Of a stretch of DNA of 43,585 bases, positions 18,506-26,418 are shown one piece after another (the first letter of the stretch is position 1; the number at the start of each line of letters is the position of its first letter). The position numbers and the translations under genes are program-made. This DNA is from an uncultured Clostridia bacterium. GTDB lineage: Bacteria; Bacillota; Clostridia; TANB77; CAG-508. Location: NCBI GenBank assembly GCA_947632835.1, contig CANRQI010000002.1, forward strand, positions 1 to 43,585. Direction: 5' to 3'. The notes beneath the pieces are model-generated. The model did not search any database, had not been told where the DNA came from, and saw only the letters and a program-made list of their open reading frames with translations.

Positions 18506-19573
18506 ATGAATTTTGTACATATTGCTGATATACATTTTGATGCACCATTTAGTAGTTTAGCAGTAAGAGATAAATTATCTGATATTAGAAGATTAGAGCA
18601 GAGAAAAGTATTTAAAAAAGTTATTGATTATATAAAAGAAAATAGAATAAAATATTTATTTATTTCTGGAGATTTATATGAAAATGAGTATGTAAAAAAA
18701 TCAACTATTATTTATATTAATGATTTATTTAAAACAATACCAAATACAAGAATTTTTATTTCTCCAGGAAATCATGATCCATATATTAAAAATTCATATT
18801 ATTCTGATTTTAGATTTTCTCCAAATGTGCATATTTTTAAAGGAAATTTTGAAACAGTAGAAGCAGAAGCTTGTAATGTTTATGGAATGGGATTTACTGA
18901 TTTTTATTGTAAAAATGTAAATTTTGAAGAAATTAAAAAATTAAATAATGGAAAACCAAATATTCTAATAATGCATGCTACTTTAGATGGAGCTGTAACA
19001 GAAAATATAAATTATAATCCTGTTTTAGAAAGCAAGTTAGAAAGTTTAGGAATGGATTATATAGCTTTGGGGCATATTCATAAATTGTATAATAATCAAA
19101 ACCAAAGAATTGTTTATCCAGGTTCCTTAATATCTCTTGGTTTTGATGAATTGGGCGAGCATGGAATGATAGTGGGAGATATTACAAATGGTCAATTACA
19201 AAAGCAATTTATAAAATTAGATGAAGTAGAATTTACAGAAATTAATCAAAATGTAGATAACTTTTTCTCAAAAGAGGATTTAATAGAATATTTTAATAGA
19301 TTGAATCTTGACACAAATAAATTATATAAAATTAATTTAGTGGGAAGTAGAAATTTTGAAATAAATACTAGAGAAATATTAAAATTAATAACATCTTATA
19401 ATATTTTAAAAATAAAAGATTCTACAAAAATAAAATATGATTTAGATATTATAAAAAACGAGAATACATTGAAAGGAATATTTATAAAAGAAGCATTAGA
19501 AAAATTAAATACAGGAGAATATAGTAGAGAAGAAATAGAAAAGGCAATTGAAATAGGGTTAAATTGTATGTAA
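18506..19573 (+). CDS. SbcD/YhaO-like metallophosphoesterase (DNA repair exonuclease)
   Basis: Calcineurin-like motifs: HIADIHFD, SGDLYE, PGNHDP, MHATLDG, LGHIHK. Confidence 0.85.
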   Translation: MNFVHIADIHFDAPFSSLAVRDKLSDIRRLEQRKVFKKVIDYIKENRIKYLFISGDLYENEYVKKSTIIYINDLFKTIPNTRIFISPGNHDPYIKNSYYSDFRFSPNVHIFKGNFETVEAEACNVYGMGFTDFYCKNVNFEEIKKLNNGKPNILIMHATLDGAVTENINYNPVLESKLESLGMDYIALGHIHKLYNNQNQRIVYPGSLISLGFDELGEHGMIVGDITNGQLQKQFIKLDEVEFTEINQNVDNFFSKEDLIEYFNRLNLDTNKLYKINLVGSRNFEINTREILKLITSYNILKIKDSTKIKYDLDIIKNENTLKGIFIKEALEKLNTGEYSREEIEKAIEIGLNCM

Positions 19574-19584
19574 GGAGAATAATA

Positions 19585-21480
19585 TTGAAAATTAATAAAA
19601 TAAAAATAAATGGTTTTGGTAAAATTGTAGATAAGGAAATAAATTTAAGTGATAATATAAATATAATTTTTGGAAAAAATGAAGCAGGTAAATCAACAAT
19701 ACTTAAATTTATTAATGGAATGTTCTATGGTGCTTCTAAAACTAAAAATGGTAAAGATATTTCAGATTTTGATAAATATCAGCCATGGGGAGCGGAAGCT
19801 TTTTCTGGAAAAATAAAATATACTTTAGATGATGGAAATTCATATGAAATTTATAGAGAATTTAAAAAGAAAAATCCTATTATTTTTAATGATAAGTTAG
19901 AAGATATATCAAGTGAATATAATATTAATAAAACAAAAGGAATAGATTTTCTATTAGAGCAAACAGGAATAGATGAAGCTACATTTGTTAATACAGTTCT
20001 TACATATCAAAAGGGAATTAAAATGGATGCAAATGCACAAAATGATATTATTCAAAAAATAAGTAATTTAGTTACTTCTGGAGATGAAAATGTATCTTTT
20101 AATAAAACTTTAGAAAAAATATGTAAAATGCAAGTTGAACAAGTAGGAACTGATAGAACGGTTGGGAGACCTATTAATATAGTAGAGGATAAAATAGCAT
20201 GTTTAGAAAGAGAAAAAGCAAAATTAGAAAATTATAGAGATTTAATGGATAATGAGATAGAAGAAATATCAAAAATAGAAAAAAATGCAGAATTAGAAGA
20301 AAGCAGATTAGAATTATTAAAATCAGAGAGAGAAGTTTTAGAGAAAAATAATATAAAGTTTAAAGAAATAGATGCAAATAGAAATATTGTAGAAAGTTAT
20401 GATAAAAAATCAGAAGAACTAAGAGAAAAAATTGATAAAAAATCTAGAAAAATAATTGAAAAAGAAAAAAAGAGTTTTTTTAGTTATTATATTTTTGTTA
20501 TTATATTTTTAGCATTATCTATTATTAGTTTTGTTATGAAATTAAATAGAATTATATCTATAAGTTTTTTAACAATTTTTTTAATAATTTTAGGGTTAAC
20601 AATTTTTAATATAGAAAAGTTCAAAAAAAATAAGAAAAAGAAATTGAATGAAATTGATGAATTAGAAAAAAGAATAGCACAAGAATTAGAAATATTGTTA
20701 AAAAATAAAGAAGAACAGTTAGAAATTATAAAAAATAAAGAGAATCAGTTACATATAGAAACTAGAGAAAATAAAGCTGAAGTATATGAAAAGTTTTCAA
20801 AACAATTAGATGGTGATTATATAATGTCTATTTTAGATCTTGAGTATGATGAAGTTATTGTTGCCATTTCAAATAAGGAAAATAGAGTAAATCATTTAAA
20901 AGCTGAATTATATACTAAACAAAAGGACTTTTCTAGTACAGTTGAAAAAATAGATGATTTATCAAAAATACAGGAGGAATTAGAGTTTTTAAATAATGAA
21001 AAAGAAGAATTAATACATTTTAATAATTCTTTTAATATTGCTAAAGAATGTATGGAATCAGCTTATAAAAAGGTAAGAGATGCAGTTAGTCCTATATTTA
21101 CAAATGAATTATGTGATTTGATTTGTAAAATTTCAAATAATAAATATAGTAATATAAGATTTAGTGATAAAGAAGGTTTAACTGTTGAAATTGAAGATGG
21201 TAGATATATGCCAGCAGAAAGATTAAGTATAGGAACAATAGACCAAATGTATTTATCTTTAAGGTTAAGTAGTTTAAATACTATTTCAAAAGAAAATATG
21301 TTAATTATATTAGATGAAGCATTTGCCTATTTTGATAATGAAAGATTAAAAAATATTTTAAAATTTATGAATGATAATTATAGTGATAAACAAATAATAA
21401 TTTTTACATGTTCAAATCGTGAAAAGGAAATGTTAAATGAATTGCAAATAAGTTATAATTTAATAGAACTTGAAAGTTAG
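19585..21480 (+). CDS. SbcC/YhaN-like AAA/SMC-type ATPase with a coiled coil interrupted by two TM helices
   Basis: TTG start 8 nt after AAGGAG. Walker A GKNEAGKST, long heptad-rich middle, signature-like LSIGTIDQMYLSLRL, Walker B LIILDEAFAYFD. Hydrophobic pair FFSYYIFVIIFLALSIISFV / ISISFLTIFLIILGLTIF. Confidence 0.75.
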   Translation: MKINKIKINGFGKIVDKEINLSDNINIIFGKNEAGKSTILKFINGMFYGASKTKNGKDISDFDKYQPWGAEAFSGKIKYTLDDGNSYEIYREFKKKNPIIFNDKLEDISSEYNINKTKGIDFLLEQTGIDEATFVNTVLTYQKGIKMDANAQNDIIQKISNLVTSGDENVSFNKTLEKICKMQVEQVGTDRTVGRPINIVEDKIACLEREKAKLENYRDLMDNEIEEISKIEKNAELEESRLELLKSEREVLEKNNIKFKEIDANRNIVESYDKKSEELREKIDKKSRKIIEKEKKSFFSYYIFVIIFLALSIISFVMKLNRIISISFLTIFLIILGLTIFNIEKFKKNKKKKLNEIDELEKRIAQELEILLKNKEEQLEIIKNKENQLHIETRENKAEVYEKFSKQLDGDYIMSILDLEYDEVIVAISNKENRVNHLKAELYTKQKDFSSTVEKIDDLSKIQEELEFLNNEKEELIHFNNSFNIAKECMESAYKKVRDAVSPIFTNELCDLICKISNNKYSNIRFSDKEGLTVEIEDGRYMPAERLSIGTIDQMYLSLRLSSLNTISKENMLIILDEAFAYFDNERLKNILKFMNDNYSDKQIIIFTCSNREKEMLNELQISYNLIELES

Positions 21481-21548
21481 CTATTCGTATGTTATAATAA
21501 TAAATGCTATTTATAAATTAAAAAATTATCAAGAAAAGGAAGAGTTTT

Positions 21549-22616
21549 ATGTTTCAAAAATTAGAAGGTGTTGAAAAGCGATACGAAGAGTTAAATAAAT
21601 TGATTAGTGATCCTGAAATTATTGCTAATAATAATGAATGGAAAAAATTAATGAAAGAACATAGTTCTATTGAAGATGTAGTATTAAAATTTAGAGAATA
21701 TAAAAAAGTTCAAAATGATTTAGAAGAAGCAAAAGCAATGTTGAGTGATCCAGAGCTTAAAGATTTAGCTGAAGAAGAGATGCTTAAAGCTAAAGAAAAA
21801 TTACCTGCTTTAGAAGAAGAGTTAAAAATTCTTTTAATTCCAAAAGATCCAAATGATGATAATAATGTTATTTGTGAAATACGTAGTGGTACAGGTGGAG
21901 AAGAGGCAGCACTTTTTGCAGGAACTTTATTTAGAATGTATTCAATGTATGCTGAAAGAAAGAATTTTAAAATAGAAATTTTAAATTCTAATGAAACTGA
22001 ATTAGGTGGTTTTAAGGAAATTTCATTTATGATTACAGGAAAAGGAGCTTATAGCAGATTTAAGTTTGAAAGTGGAGTTCATAGGGTTCAAAGAGTTCCA
22101 GATACAGAAAGTAGTGGTAGAATTCATACTTCTACAGCAACAGTTGCTGTTTTACCAGAAGTAGAGGAAGTTGAATTAGATCTTAATTTGGCAGATATTA
22201 GAATGGAAGTTTTTAGAGCATCTGGTGCTGGTGGTCAGCATGTTAATAAAACTTCTTCAGCAGTTAGATTAATTCATGAACCTACTGGAATTATAGCAGA
22301 ATGTCAAACAGAAAGGTCTCAAGTTCAAAATAGAGAGTATGCAATGAGGTTATTACGTTCTAGAATTTATCAGATGAAAAAGGAGAAACAAGATAAAGAG
22401 CTTGCAAATGAAAGAAGAAGTCAAGTTGGTACTGGTGAAAGAAGTGAAAAAATTAGAACATATAATTATCCTCAAGGAAGAATTACAGATCATAGAATAG
22501 GAGTAAGTATTTTTCAATTTGATAATTTCTTAAATGGAGATTTAGATGAATTAATAGATAATTTAATTGCTTCAAATAGAGCAGAACAATTAAAAAGTAG
22601 TGAAGATGAAAAATAA
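21549..22616 (+). CDS. prfA: Peptide chain release factor 1
   Basis: GGQ motif ([11 protein letters not shown]), PxT-type codon-recognition tripeptide ([14 protein letters not shown]), typical length. Confidence 0.95.
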   Translation: MFQKLEGVEKRYEELNKLISDPEIIANNNEWKKLMKEHSSIEDVVLKFREYKKVQNDLEEAKAMLSDPELKDLAEEEMLKAKEKLPALEEELKILLIPKDPNDDNNVICEIRSGTGGEEAALFAGTLFRMYSMYAERKNFKIEILNSNETELGGFKEISFMITGKGAYSRFKFESGVHRVQRVPDTESSGRIHTSTATVAVLPEVEEVELDLNLADIRMEVFRASGAGGQHVNKTSSAVRLIHEPTGIIAECQTERSQVQNREYAMRLLRSRIYQMKKEKQDKELANERRSQVGTGERSEKIRTYNYPQGRITDHRIGVSIFQFDNFLNGDLDELIDNLIASNRAEQLKSSEDEK

Positions 22617-22636
22617 AAATCACTTTTTAGTGATTT

Positions 22637-23026
22637 TTATTTATTTTCTATTCGTGAAATTCTACTAATTCCGTTAGATTTTGGCGTATTGTTATAGTCT
22701 TTTTTATTTGAAGTTGATTGAGCACTATATTGTGAAGTTTTTGGATTTTGTTTTTTTAATTCTGACAAAACGTCAATTCGCCAATATGATTCTTGAATTT
22801 GCATATCAATTTTCCAAGCATTATTTATACCAATTATAAGACCTATAATTGCTCCAATAATAATTCCAATAATAACAGTTGATATTTTTTGAGAAAGAGA
22901 AACCATAATTGGAAATGCAATACCACCACCAATTATTCCAAAAATAAAAAAAGATGAAATAATAACTCCGAATTTCTGTAATATTAAACGATTAATACAT
23001 GCTTTGTATTTATTTTCATTAAACAT
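22637..23026 (-). CDS. Small membrane protein, unknown function
   Basis: 129 aa with two Gly/Ile-rich hydrophobic helices and RBS AAGGGA. It shares an upstream motif with ypeB (see findings). Confidence 0.55.
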   Translation of the reverse strand: MFNENKYKACINRLILQKFGVIISSFFIFGIIGGGIAFPIMVSLSQKISTVIIGIIIGAIIGLIIGINNAWKIDMQIQESYWRIDVLSELKKQNPKTSQYSAQSTSNKKDYNNTPKSNGISRISRIENK

Positions 23027-23211
23027 TATGAATTTTATCCCTTGTAAATATATTTAGGTTTTTATCAGGATTTACCTATAAACCCATTGCAACTGTAAGA
23101 ATAGCTTAATATATTTATTGCACTGTTGCAAACACATAAAATTATATCATAATAATATGATTTAGACAATGAATTTTTATAAGTTTCAATATTTTTTAAA
23201 GCATACTAATT

Positions 23212-23357
23212 AAGTTACAAAAATATATGTTTTATTCGTTCTCCCAACATACGCACAGTCTGTAAAATTTTAAAATTCTGTAGAACAAAAAATTTAACAG
23301 ACTGTAGCTAGCTGGTCCCCACGAAATAACTTCATAAAACATATATTTTTGTAACTT
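23212..23357 (-). repeat. MITE-like element, family A, copy 1
   Basis: Perfect 24-bp terminal inverted repeat AAGTTACAAAAATATATGTTTTAT / ATAAAACATATATTTTTGTAACTT. Internal ~16-bp hairpin (CACAGTCTGTAAAATT / AATTTAACAGACTGTAG). GGTCCCCAC box at 23314-23322. Core 23218-23351 is flanked by TA. Confidence 0.85.
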
Positions 23358-23537
23358 TTATTTATAGATTAAAGAAAAGAATGACAGAGGAAGAAAAAAG
23401 TAAGCTATTGATAAAATGTCAACAACTGAAATAAAAAATATTGAAACTAAAAAAATATTGAAACTAAAAAAATTAGTACTATTAAAAAATATGAATGAAT
23501 AATATTAAATGTATTTGTTTAAAGTAGGGGTGAGTTA

Positions 23538-24266
23538 ATGGAAAGCATTGGAAATATTGCAATTTTGGGAATGGTATTTGGTATGGTAGGTACTACTTTA
23601 GGAGGAGTTTTTGGTGCAGTATTAAATTTAAAATCTAATAAAATAGTTAGTTTTATTTTAGAATTTGCAGGTGGTCTTATGACATCTGTTATTTGTTTTG
23701 ATTTAATTCCTGAAAGTTTAAAATTTGTTAGTATTACTGGTACGGTATTTGGTATTATTTTTGGTGTTATTCTTATGATATTTTGTAATGATTTAGTAAA
23801 TAAAAAATTTACAATTTCTGGTAAATCAAATACTAATTTATTAAAAATAGGAATTGTTATAGGTATTGGATTAGGAATTCATAATTTACCAGAAGGTTTA
23901 GCTATCGGTTCAGGCTTTGAAGCATCAAGTGAACTTGGAATTGCATTAGCCATTGCAATTTGTATACATGATTTTCCAGAGGGGATTGCAATGGCAGTTC
24001 CTTTAAAACAAGGAGGATATAGTAAAATTAAAGTTATTATATATACATCAATATCAGGTGTTACTACAGGAATAGGAGCATTGATAGGTGCAATTATTGG
24101 TAATATTTCTAAAGAAATGATTGGAATGTCTTTAGGATTTGCAGCTGGAGCGATGTTATATATTACTGCTTGTGAAATTATACCAGAGTCAAATATGTTA
24201 TATAAAGGTAGAGCTAGTAAAATGGGAAATATTTTAGGTGTTTTATTAGGATTGCTAATAATATAA
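23538..24266 (+). CDS. ZIP family metal (zinc) transporter
   Basis: HNLPEGLAIG and HDFPEGIAMAVP motifs in an 8-TM type profile. Confidence 0.85.
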   Translation: MESIGNIAILGMVFGMVGTTLGGVFGAVLNLKSNKIVSFILEFAGGLMTSVICFDLIPESLKFVSITGTVFGIIFGVILMIFCNDLVNKKFTISGKSNTNLLKIGIVIGIGLGIHNLPEGLAIGSGFEASSELGIALAIAICIHDFPEGIAMAVPLKQGGYSKIKVIIYTSISGVTTGIGALIGAIIGNISKEMIGMSLGFAAGAMLYITACEIIPESNMLYKGRASKMGNILGVLLGLLII

Positions 24267-24315
24267 TTTTAAATATTTTTGTTCGTCATAATGTAACAAA
24301 ATCACGATAATCAGT

Positions 24316-25570
24316 ATGCTTATTTTGGCACGGAGTATCTTTAAATAGCATAATAGGAGATAATGGGATAATAACAAAAGCCCAAGAGGCAAAAAAGTTA
24401 TCAGAAAAAGCAAGTGATGAAGAAGCAATAAAATTAATGGTTATAGAAAATGTAATGAATGATGATGGCACAATGAGTGTAGGGCAAGAATTGTTTGATA
24501 GAACGGTAGAAAATGGAGATAGATGGAATATAATAGTAGAAAAGGAAACAGGAGAAGTATATGGAACAGGATATTATTATATTCCAAAAGGAACAAAATT
24601 AAAAAATGGACAAGAGGCAACCACAAATTGGCTTGTTGATAAAAGTGGAAAAATGAAAGAGTTAAAAGATGATACATTTACAAGATTGGATTTCGAATCA
24701 ACTGTAGGAGTTAAAGAAGGATTGATATTTAATATGGATGCAACTAATATTGGTGATGGTCAAGATAGTTGGGGAGATAATGTAACTTTAAGATATTTTG
24801 ATGATACAGTAAATGATACTTATGAAGAAAGAAAACTAGCTTTTGAAGAACAAAAGAAATTTACTTCAGTTCTTGAAAATGATAATGGATATGATAGATT
24901 AAAATCAACAGATTCAAATTTGTATATTGATAGCGAGCAAAAATCATTTAAGCTGAATGGCAATAATTATATAGAAATATCTCACGACGGTGGTTTTGAT
25001 TTTTCAAAAGGATTGACTTTTGAATTTTATGGTAAAATAAGTGGTTATGATGGAACTCTTTATAGCACTAATACAGGTGGAGTATTGTCGCTTTGGAATC
25101 GGAAATTATGGACAATTTACAATTACAAGATTTTTGTTATCACGGGAATACTGGGTTTTGGTATAGTTTGAGTGATTACAAGGGTGATGATGCTGGAAGT
25201 TTTGGTGGACCTCCTTTGCCTTGGAATCAAATGCTTCCTGTAACATTGGATTTAAATAATGATCATGCTTACGCATTGAGTTTCGTATTGGGGGAAGAAG
25301 ATGTGTCGCAGGAGTTTTTTGTTGATGGTACTAATGTTGCTGTGCGGGAAAATAAGTAAAGGTTATTTTGACCATTTTGTGGATTTTGCAAAAACTTTGG
25401 ATTATATAGAAATAGGCAGATGTACAGTAGATTTTGGAGGAAATTGGAATTATGTCCAAGGTTCACTTTGGTGTTTAAGAATTTATGACCGTGGTTTAGA
25501 TGAAGAAGGATTGAAACAGAATTATGAAAAAACATTAGCATATCGTCAGTCATTAAAAAATGAAGAATGA
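24316..25570 (+). CDS. Pseudopilin-like / LamG (concanavalin-lectin)-like secreted protein, 5'-degraded, with four in-frame CGG frame changes
   Basis: Reading ATG 24316...GCA-[C]GGA (CGG 24331), ...AAT-[C]GGA (25100), ...TCA-[C]GGG (25143), ...GTG-[C]GGG (25345) gives one continuous protein: (M)LILAGVSLNSIIGDNGIITKAQEAKK...LWNGNYGQFTITRFLLSGNTGFWYSL...VAVGKISKGYFDHF...LRIYDRGLDEEGLKQNY, stop at 25570. Only the tail of a prepilin helix remains at the N-terminus and no RBS is visible. Confidence 0.5.
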
Positions 25571-25599
25571 ATGTATTTTTACATTCATTCTTCGTTTTT

Positions 25600-26181
25600 T
25601 TAAGTATTATACTTTTCAATTAATCTTTTTTGTGCTGGAATTAATGAGAAGATTCCTAGCAATAATCCACATTCTAATATGATTGTTTGAATTAAAGTAT
25701 TAGTTTTGTTAATTTGATATTTTTGCAATAAATCTAAAGTTAGATATTGAGCAAAATCTTCATTATATTGTGAATAATACATACTTTTTAATTCTTCAAT
25801 ATTTAATTTTTCATTATTAAATTTTATTGATAAGAAAAATATAATTGTAACAACAGAAACTCCAATTAAAAATATGAAAAATAAATTCATTCTATTAGAA
25901 ACTGTCTCAACCTTATCTTTCTCAATTTTGCAGTCTTTAAATAAATCAAAAGTACTTAATCTACAAATAGCATGAATTAGGAAAAATACAACAAAAGCTC
26001 CAAATCCAGGTAAAGAATACTTTAGAACATCAAAGTTTATAGTATCCATATGATTATTTATAGAGTAAGATATTAAAATGATTAGTATTATAAATAAAAA
26101 TACAACTAAAACACCGTATGCTACAAACCCATTAATAAGAGCTTTTGTAGCAGTTTTTGCACTTATATCTTTTTTCTTCAT
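25600..26181 (-). CDS. Polytopic membrane protein, unknown function
   Basis: 193-aa ORF with four hydrophobic segments and RBS AAAGGATG. Confidence 0.55.
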   Translation of the reverse strand: MKKKDISAKTATKALINGFVAYGVLVVFLFIILIILISYSINNHMDTINFDVLKYSLPGFGAFVVFFLIHAICRLSTFDLFKDCKIEKDKVETVSNRMNLFFIFLIGVSVVTIIFFLSIKFNNEKLNIEELKSMYYSQYNEDFAQYLTLDLLQKYQINKTNTLIQTIILECGLLLGIFSLIPAQKRLIEKYNT

Positions 26182-26289
26182 TCGTGTACATCCTTTCTTT
26201 TTTCATTAGCAATTTACTATAATAAAATCATAACATATACACAAAAATCTTACAATATATTTTTATAAAAATTTTAAAAATAATTTCAA

Positions 26290-26318
26290 TTGACTTAATG
26301 CTAAAACTATTATATAAT
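26290..26318 (+). promoter_or_regulatory. Sigma-A type promoter upstream of pcrA
   Basis: TTGACT (26290-26295), 17-nt spacer, TATAAT (26313-26318). Confidence 0.55.
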
Positions 26319-26418
26319 ATCAAACAATAGTTCACAATTATTTTAAAAAATATAAGATAAATAAGGAATATTATAAAAAACGTTAGATAAAGCTAGAAAG
26401 AGAGGAATGTAGTTAAAT

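Noticed and set aside
22060-22130. RF1 codon-recognition tripeptide reads P-D-T rather than the common P-A-T/P-V-T
   Set aside because: The middle position of PxT is variable, and GGQ and the rest of RF1 look canonical. There is no visible link to the CGG phenomenon, which involves a sense codon.
23433-23465. Tandem duplication of AAAAAATATTGAAACT upstream of the ZIP transporter
   Set aside because: It has two units only and is A/T-rich. It is most simply a duplicated -35-like (TTGAAA) promoter region, and no Zur-box-like palindrome was seen.
24286-25619. Minus-strand ORFs 24286..24471, 24441..24677 and 25269..25619
   Set aside because: They are antisense to the pilin/LamG-like coding path, have no RBS, and give odd His/Leu/Phe-rich translations.
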